DNA from: Octopus bimaculoides
Lineage: Eukaryota
Length of the DNA: 64,000 bases
Reading direction: 5' to 3'
Assembly: GCF_001194135.2 (NCBI RefSeq)
Contig: NC_068983.1
Location: 79,823,287-79,887,286 of the forward strand
Below are positions 25,421 to 37,435 of the stretch, piece after piece. How positions within the stretch are numbered: position 1 is the stretch's first letter; each line of letters starts with the position of its first letter. The position numbers and the translations under genes are program-made. Below the pieces are notes generated by a model. The model searched no databases and had not been told where the DNA came from. It saw only the letters and a list, made by a program, of their open reading frames with translations.

Positions 25421-25963
25421 AAAGATATAAAAGACAGATGTGTAAATATGATTTGTAGATTAGAAAACAAAACTAAGGATGTACAAAGATGGTTAAAAGC
25501 TACCATTACTTCTAAGTGGAATTTAATGCAAAACTGATGGAGTGATAGTGGGATTTTAAATGATTTTTATCTTTCAATAATTCTTTCGATAAAAAGGTTC
25601 TTAAGTTTGAGGAGGAGAGACTTACTCTATTATTGATTTTTGCTTGAACATATTTTTTTCCCCCCCTCTCTGCTTTTTTCTGCTTCAGATTAAGATGCTG
25701 GCACCAAACATCAGTTAGGAACAAATATTTCATGCTGTGAAAAAATTCATGTTGAGAAGGTGCATGGAGGTGCATAGCTATACAAACCTGAAAAATGATC
25801 TTTAAACCAAATTGATGATAATAATCTGGGTTAGGGTATGTGCAATGCTGAAAGAGTATTTCTATGGATATGATACACAAACAAATGTTCGGCTCTTTAA
25901 GATAACAGCTTCCTAATGTTATTGTTTAGCTCCCAGTGCAACCTTGAACAAGTACACCTATGA

Positions 25964-26158
25964 TTAACTCTTTCAATACCAACAAGCTTCAGATTGCCTC
26001 TGGTTTTATGATTCAAGCGATCTTATTTAAAACCTTCCATTAGAATATCACATCACTTATGTTCCAAACACTGGGTTAATAATCACGAAAAAATTTAACT
26101 AAAGTCCTCGTTGTTTTCAGAAGTAATTAGTCAATGACAGTGATAAAAAAAGGTTTAA
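25964..26158. mobile_element. TTAA-flanked MITE (piggyBac-like termini)
   Basis: TTAA|CTCTTT..AAAGGT|TTAA; interior homologous in inverted orientation to 3587-3820. Confidence 0.6.
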
Positions 26159-26315
26159 CGGTGTTCCAATACCAGCCCTGGCCTTCCTGTTTTTATTCCA
26201 ACCTGGTATATCTAGATAGATACACATCAGTAGCTAAACATATCCTTTCTCTCTAAATAATTCATATGTGATAAGAAGTGAGTTTGGCTGTTATTTCTTT
26301 TTTGAGGCTGAACAA

Positions 26316-26358
<43 letters not shown>

Positions 26359-26722
26359 CAAACCTCTGCTCTGATTGTGATATTGTTAATTGTAGATTGC
26401 ATTTTGCAAATGATGTCAAATCTATTTGGTTGGTTTTGCTCAGTTATTTTTTCCTTCTCCTTTGTAATAAAACATTATAGTGGCTTAACATTATGGCTAT
26501 TATTTGAAACAGAAATGATTTGAAGGAGAGAAAATTTTACTTCAATGTCACAATACTGTAAAATAATTCAGCGCTTAAAACAGATTTGAAACACTGATCT
26601 TTTTTTAATGCATGTAAGTGTGGGATTACTGCCAAAATATCAGTCTGTGACCCAGGAAGCAAAAGCGGAGGCCCATTAATTTCTGATTATTGTTTTCTTC
26701 CCTATAATAATAATAATAATAA

Positions 26723-27055
26723 TCTTTTCTACTGGAAGTACAAGGCTTCGAATTTGGAGTAAGGGATTAAGTCGATTATATCGACCCTGGTGCATAAACT
26801 GGTACTTATTTAATCAACCCTGAAAGGATGAAAAGCAAAGTTGACCTCAGCGGAATTTGAACTCAGAACGTAACAACGGCCGAAATACCACTAAGCATTT
26901 CGCCCAGCGTGCTAACGATTTTGCCCCATTCTACTACAGGCACAAACCCTGAAATTTGAGGGGAGAGGGTAGTCGATTACATCGATCCCAGTGCTCAAAC
27001 TGGTAATTTTTTATCGACCCCCGAAAGGATGAAAAGCGAAGTCGACCTCAGCAGA
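26723..27055 (-). mobile_element. Two tandem SINE-A copies, CpG-rich
   Basis: Reverse complement of the SINE-A body, twice; (TAA)n tail at about 26703-26722. Confidence 0.8.
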
Positions 27056-27559
27056 AAATAATAAAATTAATAAAAATTAATCAAGCTACTTTGAAAGGAT
27101 CTTGTTCCCCATGGGCCCTGCCTCACAAAATTCCTTGTGATGACACTTGTAATTTGTCTCTTTTTTTACTTTNNNNNNNNNNNNNNNNNNNNNNNNNNNN
27201 NNNNNNNNNNNNNNNNNNNNNNNNNNNNNNNNNNNNNNNNNNNNNNNNNNNNNNNNNNNNNNNNNNNNNNNNNNNNNNNNNNNNNNNNNNNNNNNNNNNN
27301 NNNNNNNNNNNNNNNNNNNNNNNNNNNNNNNNNNNNNNNNNNNNNNNNNNNNNNNNNNNNNNNNNNNNNNNNNNNNNNNNNNNNNNNNNNNNNNNNNNNN
27401 NNNNNNNNNNNNNNNNNNNNNNNNNNNNNNNNNNNNNNNNNNNNNNNNNNNNNNNNNNNNNNNNNNNNNNNNNNNNNNNNNNNNNNNNNNNNNNNNNNNN
27501 NNNNNNNNNNNNNCCTATATAACAGAATGTGTAGGTGTTCCCGTTGATCAACGCGCCAT

Positions 27560-27686
27560 TAATAGATTCATTCATTCATTTTTTCGTTCATTCAATCGTT
27601 CGTTCGTTCGTTTGCGCGCGTCGTGTGAGTGCATGTGTATGTCTGCGCGCTCGTAGTTCCGTGTGTGTGTGCACGCACGCTCGTGG

Positions 27687-27728
<42 letters not shown>

Positions 27729-28760
27729 ACGCGCGCTCGTGGTTCTGTGTGTGCACGCGCGCTCGTGGTTCTGTGTGTGTGTGTGTGTGTACGCGCGCTC
27801 GTGGTTCTGTTTGTATTTGTGTGCGTGTGTTATAGTTGTGCGTAAACACAAGAATTAAGCAGAAAGTAAACACTTGTGTTTCGTCGTTCCTGTTTAGTAA
27901 ACAGGGTAGAGCAGGGTTCTGTACCTTTACCGCAAGTTCAAGCAAACACACACACACACATGTATGTATATATGAGTTGACGGTACAAACAAAATCACTC
28001 CTCTCCAACAGCGATGTCAACACCTTATTTATTTAGCTAAGGTGATTCATAAGTAATCTTCCATAACACATAATAAAACAAAACCGAGAATGATTGCTTG
28101 TCAATATATAGATATGCAGATACATATGTGTGTGTGTATGTACATACGGATATACATACGGATGGACATACGGACATTCAATTAGTGTGAAAATGTTACA
28201 TCGGATTTTTTCTCTCTTTCACTTTTTCTTTTCTTTCTTCCATTAAATGCATCATATTGAGAGAAAGTACACAAATTCCTACGAATCTTAGCAATTCTTC
28301 CTCATATTAAACAAACCAAATTCTTTCCCGCAAAAAAAAAAAAAAAATTCTTTAATTAACGTCTCTAATTTTGCAAGTCGGGGGTATAAAGTAATTACAC
28401 AGTTGCCTCCCTTACACCATGTCCCTTTACCTTACTACAGACACAGAAGCCGGCTTGCTACTGCACTAACTTTCTCTTTTAATGCCATCCACTAAAAGTT
28501 TCTATCAAAGGCATTCCTTACCACTGTGGTATATTATCATATCATCGTACTACCTGTTGGGGGTTTTCTGTTGAATATTGCTAGTTGTTGGGTTGGTCAA
28601 TTGAGTGGTTGTTTTGTCGATCAGTCGGTTGCACAACAACGAACTATATTATTAATATCAATATTTTTCGATCGTTGGAAACGGCTAAAAATAATTTGTC
28701 ATCATCATTTGCATGGAAGCATGACGCAGGTAGACGGACAATAAAAGAGATTTCAGGTAA
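27560..28760. promoter_or_regulatory. Putative promoter / first-exon region, possibly bidirectional
   Basis: Local excess of CpG in otherwise CpG-poor DNA; TATAAAG near 28385; Inr-like TCAGTC at 28621-28626; plus-strand donor CAG|GTAATT at 28756/28757; minus-strand donor-like sites at 27925/27931. No transcript evidence. Confidence 0.45.
27643..27812. repeat. CpG-rich compound minisatellite, 5 units of GCGCGCTCGTGGTTC(TG)n-CAC
   Basis: Five near-identical GC cores separated by variable (TG)n spacers. Confidence 0.9.
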
Positions 28761-29609
28761 TTAATTAAAACTTTGAATTTAAAAGGATAAAAAAATATAG
28801 AACTAATTTTCATTTTCAGTTGATCATGTTATAACGTATTGATATATCTAAAGTCGAATACTTTACACACACACACACACACTCACACATGTATGTATGT
28901 ATGTGTATATATATGTGTTTGTGCGTACACACACACTCACACATATATATAATTAAGAAATTAAAGATGTGGGTGCGTGCGTGTATGTTTATGTAAAATT
29001 AAAATGCAAATACATATATGTGTGTATTATGTGTATAAATGTGTGTGTGTATATTGAAATGGGTATATATAGGTATGTAATGCATGTTAGCTTAAAGGTG
29101 AATAAAATTATTTTAAAAATGATTAATTAACAAAATAATGATTCTGGTATGTCTTTCGAGGGGGTCATTTGGAATACATCAGGTCGTTGTAGTTAATACA
29201 TTTCTTGTTCGCTTTTATTCTGTTATCAATGTACTTAATTAAACTTTCGCATACGCACCATACCCGAGTTAATTAGTTTTGCTACCTGTTTTGAATTAAT
29301 GTGAATATTTGTTTTGAGAACTATTGTGTTTTTAAAAAATCGCTTTAAAAAATCCCAAAAGTAACGAAATTAAAGAAAGCTCTTTCTTTTCGCAACTTAA
29401 ACAATGAAATAATTTTTTTAAATGTTGGCAAAAATGTGTTGTGTTTATTGAGTTAATGGTGACGTTGTATTTATTTAACATCATCCGTTATTGACAAGAG
29501 GAACCGTATTAACAGTTTAAGGTGAATATCTCCGCAATAAGACTTGCTGTATGTGTTAATTGCTACTGTAATCAAAATAAATTTGATAACAAGCGTAACA
29601 GTTACTTTT

Positions 29610-30790
29610 AATTTAGGTACAAGGCCAGTAATATTGACGGGAAGGGATTAATCGATATTATCGATTCTATTACTTAACCGTTTCTTTATTTTATCAACTC
29701 CGAAGGGACGAAATGCAAAGTTAACCACGGCGTGATTTGAACTTCACAACTACCTTTCTATGGGCACAAGCCTGAATTCTTTCTTTTTTTTTTTTTTGTG
29801 GGGGTGGGATTGAGACAAGTCTATTACACCGATTCCGACTGGTAATTATTTTATCGACCCCGATAGATTGAAAAGAAGAAGGAAAAAAAACCCAATCTAG
29901 GTAGGATTTGAACTTAGCGTTTTTGTCCGGTGTGCTAACGATATTGCCAGCTCGCTGTATTAGAAGGATTATTCTCAAAATAACTATAATAACAGTCACT
30001 TCTACAAACACAGCAATTTTGTGTGGGGGAGGGTAAATCTGTTACTATCGACTCCAGTCCTTGACTGGTACTTTATTCTATCGACCTCAAATAAATGACT
30101 GGCAAAGTTGATCTCGGCAGGATTTGAACTCGGAACTTAGAGAGCTGGAACGAATGCTTCAAAGCATTTGTTCCCGACCGATTCTACCAGCTCGTCACCT
30201 TAACAACAACATTAATAATCCTTTCTACTATAAACACAAGGTATGAAATTTGGGATAAGGGGGTCCGGTCGTTTTTATGAACTAGCACTTATTTCATCAC
30301 ACCTGAAACAATGAAATGCAAGTCGACTTCTGTGGAATTTGAACTCAGACCGTAAAGACGGACGAAATGCCACTAAGCATTCTTTCTGACGTGCTAACGA
30401 TTCTGCCAGCTCGCTATCTTAACAACAGCAACAACAATAACGGTTTCTGATTAGGCACAAGGCCAGCAATTTTTAGGGAAGGGTCGGGTTATTCGATACC
30501 AACGATCCCAGTATTTAACCAGCTCGTTATTTTAGCAACCCCGAAGGGACGATAAGCAAAGTTGGCCTCGGTGTAATTTGTACTCAACTCAATAATAATG
30601 TTAACGGTTGTTTCTAGTTAAGGTACAATGCTAGTAATTTTGAAAGAAAACGAGTTAGTTGATTAGCAGTAACACCAATATTTTGACTGGTTCTCTATTT
30701 TATCGGCCCGGATAGGAAGAATGGCAGGGTTTGAACTTAGAACTCAAAGAGCCAGAACAACTACCGCAAGTAATTTTTCTTTTGCGAGTC
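29610..30790 (-). mobile_element. Head-to-tail array of about six diverged SINE-A copies
   Basis: Repeated reverse-complement bodies (ACAAGGCC..TCGA..TTTTATCGACC..GCAAAGT..GATTTGAACT..CTAACGA..GCCAGCTCG). Confidence 0.75.
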
Positions 30791-30884
30791 TTTAATGATG
30801 CCAAATGCCAAATAATTAATATTTGAAAACACCAAAAGACTCGTTGTGTATCTTATATTTCCGATCTGCACATATGCATGTAAA

Positions 30885-30917
<33 letters not shown>

Positions 30918-33116
30918 ACACGCACACTACACCTCACATGTATGTCACCGATCATTTAACAAATTTATTTGTCCATTTCAGTTTTACTGCGAAAAGTATA
31001 TTTTTCTTCCTTTTTGCATTCTATAAGAGTGTGTTTAACATGGCAATGGTTTGCCTCACTCGCCCACTCTCATTCATTGTCTGTCTGTCTATCTCTGTCT
31101 TATCTCCATGTCGGCCTATCTACCTACCTATCTCTTTCACTCTGATTTTAACAGTGGACCATTTCCTGTTTCTTCACTTTACCCCCGCCCCCACTCCTTC
31201 ACACACACACACACACACACACATTCACACCTGATAGTATCCAAAGTGGTTTCAAACAACAGGTGTCAGGTGAACACTGTTATTTGAAGGAGTAAAAAAA
31301 AGGATTTAAGTGGATATAATTTTTGGGTTCTATATTGTTGTTATTATTATTATTATTTATTATTGTTATTATTATTATTTATTCATTTGCTCTGATTACA
31401 GATTACTGGTGGTTCACTGATATTATCACACAACTCCGCCATTCAGTTTTCTTTACTTTTTCTTTCTCTCATTTCTTCAAACAATATATCTCTATTGGTT
31501 TGTGCTGAAATTGTTAGATTAAACTACATTTTCCCCCACTTCAACCTCTGTTAAACATGTTTCAACTGGCTGAGACAGCAAAATGCTGACTTGTCATTTC
31601 TTTCTCTTCAGCAAATAAAAGCTTTCTGGTACTAACTATATAACAAAACAACATTCTCTCTCTCTCTATGATTGTGGATATTTTGTGAGAAAACTGAATT
31701 GTTTAATCTAGCAGCATATTTTTGACATAAGAAGTTAACTGGCCATGTTTTCTCTCTACTGAATTAATCATATTGCGTTATGTAGTAACTAGGTAAACCC
31801 CATTTTATATCAACTTATTTGAAATCCAGGGACAAGGTTCAAATGGAATGCCAGTCCAAGGCCTGCAGCAGTACCAAGAATAGGCCCATCAGCATCAGAT
31901 TAGACTCTCAAAAAAAAAAAAGTGGGGAGTGGTGGGGTAATAAAATAAACCTTAGAACCTGCTTTAATTCTGAGAGGACCTCTCCTCCATACTCTCAGCA
32001 TGTGAAAGCAGCCTTGTTCCACTTTGCAAACAGTCTCTCAAAGACCCTGATGAGACTGTCTCTAGTTTTCCTTGATACAGAAACTTCCCGTTTCTAAAAT
32101 GTTCATATTTAAATTGAAGCCATCCATCATTTTGCCAATTATCTTCTAAACACTGACTTAATAATGAAACTGTTATTTAATTAAATCCTTCCAAATTCTT
32201 CATTATTTGCAAAATTAATGAAAACACATTGGCTGTATTCTTTGTTAGAATTATGTCCATGAAAGAATTAAATGTTCCACAAGAATATGTTTTGTTTTGT
32301 TCTTTTATTCTTTTTTGTATTTTTTTGTTAAATTTTTCTTTTGTCCTCTGTTTCTTCGACATGCAGCACTTATTTCCTATCTTTTGAAGAAAATTAATCA
32401 TTCTGTAAAAATCATGAATTATTAAAGCATTGGACAACCAACTTTGTGCTTTTCAGCCACATGCCTTTGTGTTTTGAGTTCATATCCCACCCTAGTATAC
32501 TTACCATCTTCTTTCTTTGAAAGATACCTAAGAGAGATATCTGGCACAGGTGTGGCCATGCGGTAAGAAACTTGCTTCCCAACCACATGGTTCTGAGTTC
32601 AGTCTCATTGCGCAGTGCCTTAGGCAAGTGTCTTCTTCTATAGCCTCAGGACAACCAAAGCCTTGTGAGTGAATTTGGGTAGATGGAAACTGAAAGAAGC
32701 TCATCGTATATACAAGGGTGCAGGAGTGGCTGTGTGGTAAGTAGCTTGCTTACGAACCACATGGTTCTGGGTTCAGTCCCGCTATGTAGCACCTTGGGCA
32801 AGTGTCTTCTACTATAGCTTTGGGCCAGCCAAAGCCTTTTGAGTAGATTTGGTTGACAGAAACTGAAAGACTCCCATCGTGTGTGTGTATGTGTGTCTAT
32901 GTTTGCCCACCACCACCACCACCACCACCATCGCTTGACAACCGATGCTGGTGTGTTTAAGTCCCTGTAACTTAGCAGTTCAGCAAAAAGAGACTGATAG
33001 AATAAGTACTAGGCTTACAAAGAATAAGTCCTGGGGTCGATTTGTTCGACTAAAGGCGGTGCTCCAGAATGGCCGCAGTCAAATGACTGAAACAAATAAA
33101 AGTAAAAAAAAATAAA

Positions 33117-33262
33117 AGGGGATGCTGAAAAGTTCCTGGCTTTAGGTACCAAAAAAGGATCAGTTGATTATAGTTTTATTTAACATATTTCCCTCTCAGA
33201 TTTACACACTTATTGTGGCGGTCCTTCAGTTTTTCTAAGCCCAGTAAGAGAACTCGGAAGGT
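33117..33262. mobile_element. Mariner-type terminal fragment (one TIR)
   Basis: GGGGATGCTGAAAAGTTCCTGGCTTT resembles TACGAGGGG..AAAAGTT mariner termini; no partner TIR found. Confidence 0.45.
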
Positions 33263-33829
33263 GTGTGTGTGTCTTTTCATCTGTGTTTGTCCCCCACCAC
33301 CACCACTTGACAACTGGTGTTGGTGTGTTTATGTCCCTGTAACTTAGCAGTTTGGCAAAAGATATCAATAGAATAAGTACCAAGCTTTAAAAAAAAGTAC
33401 TAGGATCAATTCATTTGACTAAAATTTCTTCACGGCAGTGCCCCAGCTTGGACACAGTCTAATGACTGAAACGAAACAAGTATAAAAAAAAAAACCTGTA
33501 AAAAGAGGCTCCATATTTTCCAGTCAAATTTTTTAGACTAGAATTTACAGCCAAAACAGATATGTTGACTTATACACCAAGGTAACTGTGAAGAACCGGT
33601 AATTCCATGTGAAATACAGCAGGATTCGGAACAATAGTGATAATGTTTGCACCACACATTTACACTATCATGCTACATTGACTTGTAGGTCAGAAAATTT
33701 AGTACTACTGTCAATGCAATTACCTTTAACTTTGAAGGGCTACATTCCAACATGGTCTCACTCTAATGACAGAAAGCAATAAAGGAATAAAGGAAGAAAT
33801 GCTCTCTTCAGGTTGAGGAGCAAATTCAC

Positions 33830-34306
33830 CTACTTGCTGCAAAACATTTTATGTACAATATTTTTTTTCTTTACGGAGATGCACTTGCATAGCAAGTGAC
33901 CTGATCTGAGATCGTGTGCTGGAACGAAAACAATTGCAGCGTGGAAGGTGTTTATAAGCCATTTAAAATAACACACAAAATCCGTTAGATTCACTTCAAC
34001 ATTTAAATTTAATTTGTCAAAATATTTTCGTTGCTTTGAAACCGCGACCTGTTCGCTGACAAAATTCTGTGCTGCACAGAATTTTGTCACATGGAATTAC
34101 CGGTTCTTCACAGTTACCTTGGTGTATAAGTCAACATACCTGTTTTGGCTGTAAAATTCTGTGCTGCACAGAATTTTGTCAGCGAACAGGTCGCGGTCTC
34201 AAAGCAACGAAAATATTTTGACAAATTAAATTTAAATGTTGAAGTGAATCTAACGGATTTTGTGTGTTATTTTAAATGGCTTATAAACACCTTCCACGCT
34301 GCAATT
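33830..34306. mobile_element. Long palindromic repeat element (arms of about 155 bp around a perfect 31-bp hairpin), possibly a Penelope-like terminus, with a templated insertion at its centre
   Basis: 33932-34085 is the near-perfect reverse complement of 34153-34306; hairpin GACAAAATTCTGTGC-T-GCACAGAATTTTGTC at 34058-34088. Confidence 0.7.
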
Positions 34307-36508
34307 ATTTTTTTTCTTGTTTTATAGAAATCTATCATCATAACCTCAACTAAATTCCAAAACCAACTACTTTTCTATATATACATGAGGTATTCCTTCT
34401 TTGTTCAGCATTTTTAACATCTTCCTCTTGTTATTCTCTTCAACACACCACTCACCTGAGGGGGTTGTGTCATACCTTTATATCTTCATCATCATCATCA
34501 TTATTATTATCATTATTTGTCCAGTTTTATGGTAGCTCCTTGGTTATTTGTAAATCTTTCTCAAAACCTTTTATTCAAATCTTCTTTTTCATTGTGCTAC
34601 ATTGTGTAAGCCCTGCAGTCTATGATAGGAACAATCCAAATTTAACAAGAGCTGTCTGTTTTATATACATACATACATACATACATATATATTTATATAT
34701 ATATTGATGATGATGATGCTTATCTAACAATTTCTACAATTGCTGTCCTTGTGTTTCTTTTATCTTCATTGCCACACTGCATCATGTTTGACACATCTAT
34801 CAAACAATTCATATATTCTCACACATGCAATATAAATAATAATCCCATAAATATCAACAGAAACTCTAATTTTCTGCCAACCACTCTGAACCATAAGCTC
34901 CTACTACTTCTAAGATTGCCAACACTCTCAATCTTATTATTATTCCTGTAGACGGTCTTTACACCTGTTCTTTTTGTTATGAATATCGAGAATGTATTAG
35001 GATTTGAGTTTTATAGCTTATAACATTTATCATTTTTGCTTATGTAATTGCTGTCATATATTGTAATTTTGCTATAGCTCAGTCTTGTCAAATATTATTT
35101 TACTTCTGCTCATATCTATCTTGGTTGATATTCCTCATGACAGCTTCAAGTTCTTTTTCTCTGTGTGTGATAAATTGTGAATTCACTTCATATGTTTATA
35201 TATGTGTGTGTGTGTGTGTGTGTATACATACATACCTACATACACATACATACATACATAAACTGTGGCTTTATGTGAAAATCTTTCTATCTTCACTTTT
35301 CTCTATCCTGAATTCCAGGTATCGACAACAGCATGTAAATAGATACGAAAATGCAATGCAAACATTAATCTCTTATTGCTTTACATTGTTGATGTTTAAT
35401 CCCTGGTTGATCGAGCAAACCTACACAAAGAAAGACATTCCTGTCATGACCATCCAGCCTTTCTGTATATCTAGGACTGCATTATCCAATGTGTCTTATT
35501 GCCTTTTTTTTTAAAGATGTAGTACATGATTTTAAGGAGAGTTAGCTGCTATTTTTAGCAGGTCAAGGTACTCAAAAGAGGCTTTTTCATTGGACTCAAA
35601 CACAAATTTGTAGATATTTAGTGTCTTAGGTAATCTCAGACTGTAGATAATGAAACCCACTGCCAGTCTGAGATAGAACTGTTATCTCTCTGTAGACATT
35701 GGCAGCAGCATTGGCAGTGGTGGTGGTAGTGGCAGTGGTGATGGTAGTGGTGGTGGTAGTGGCAGTGGTGATGGTAGTGGTGGAGGCAGTGGCGTCATCA
35801 ATGTTGTTTATATCCAAGAAAGAAATCATTTTTATTTACATAGTTTGTTTATTTAGAACCAGAATTGGTATTTCTTTGGTAAAAGTTGCAGCACCTGTGC
35901 TGAGTTAGGCACCCTATGTAAAAAAAATAAAACCAAAAAATAAAGAAAGAAAAAGAGAAAGTTTATTCATTGCTAGAATACCTGTGGTTGAAGGATTATT
36001 AGATCAGATTTGACATCACAACATGGCACTGTGACCAATATTGGCTTCTCACTCACTTTCAATACTCAGACATTTTGCCAGTCACCTAGTCTGTAGTTGG
36101 AGTCTAGTGTTAAAAATTTTGAGGTAACAAATGCAGACTGGATGGGATTTTTGTAGTTGAAGCATTTGAGATTTTTAAAGGGACTGGAATACTGTCACTT
36201 GTGATCTTCTTGTTCTTTCCATAGAACATCAAAAAAGTAATTGAAGAGAAGCAGGGTTGTACCTTTTACCATTATTGAGTAATTTTTACCAATTTCTTTG
36301 GTTTTCCTCTCTTTACGGAATTTATGTATTTTTCTCTCTTTTCTCAAATTTTACTTTTAACCTTGTTCACATTCCGCTTAATTTTGTCATATTCTTGCAC
36401 TCTCATTGTTCTTACCATTCTATTCATTTCACATATATGTTTATTCCTTCACACTTGTACCCACTCTTAGATTCTCACATACTTTTACACCACCAACCTA
36501 ATGTTTAT

Positions 36509-36563
<55 letters not shown>

Positions 36564-37095
36564 CAAGCACACCACAAACATATACTTTCACACTTGCCTA
36601 TCTCTATGCATATAAATACACCAAACTAATACACACACATACACATAATCACTCCCCCTTTATGTCTGCTTCCATACATGGATGCACTCTTATATTTGCA
36701 ACTATACATCTACCTTTCTTTCCCTCCTTCTTAACCCTTCTCCATAAAACAGCTTTTCCGACTTGTTTCTAACACTTCACCTTTCTTTTCTTTCTTCTCA
36801 CTGGCTATTTCTCTTTCACACGACCTCTATTCTTCTCTCATTCTTTCTTTTGATGATGGTTTAATGTCTGAAAAGTTAAGATACTTTCTCTTTTTAAAAG
36901 TTTTAACCTAATACCTTATTTGTCAAACTCTGTTCTTTATGTGTTGTCCTTATTTTTTTTATCATTCACTGTATTTTAATGATGTTTGAGTTGATTTCAT
37001 GATAAAAACGGAAGGTGAGGAACCTTAGTTTATAATGAGAGTTCTGTTCTGTAAAGTCTTAGCATTACTTAATTGGTGCAGTTATATTTTTCATG

Positions 37096-37435
37096 TGAAG
37101 GCACGTGGCTCATTGGTTAAAGTGTAGGGCTCACAATCATGAGGTAGTGAGTTCAATTCCTGGACCAGGCTGTGTGCTATGTTCTTGAGAAAGACACTTT
37201 ATTTCACATTGCTCCAGTTCACTTAGCTGTAGAAATGAGTTGCAACGTCATTGGTGCCAAGCTATATTGGTCTTTGCCTTCCCTTGGATAACATCAGTGG
37301 TATGGAGATGGGAGGCTGGTATGCATGGGGGACTGCTGGTCTTCCATAAACAACCTTGTCCAGACTTTGTCTTGGAGGGGAACTTTGTTGGTACAATCCC
37401 ATAATCATTCATGAATGAAGGGGGTCTTTACCCTT
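37096..37435 (+). mobile_element. tRNA/CORE-like SINE sharing its head with family B but with a different body
   Basis: GGCACGTGGCTCATTGGTTA..GAGTTCAATTCC..GACACTTTATTTCACATTGCTCCAG, then sequence unrelated to the family B central domain. The 5' part is also seen at 5690-5830. Confidence 0.7.

Noticed and set aside
27643-27812. CRISPR-like repeat/spacer array
   Set aside because: Spacers are (TG)n runs rather than unique sequences, the context is eukaryotic, and there are no cas genes.
32047-32084. CTGATGA...GAAAC hammerhead-like core
   Set aside because: Stem II does not close properly and no stem I can be formed.
35699-35830. Gly/Ser-rich reading frame (GSGGGSGSGDGS)
   Set aside because: Degenerate (GGT/AGT)n microsatellite with a 30-bp duplication; no donor site before the stop codon.
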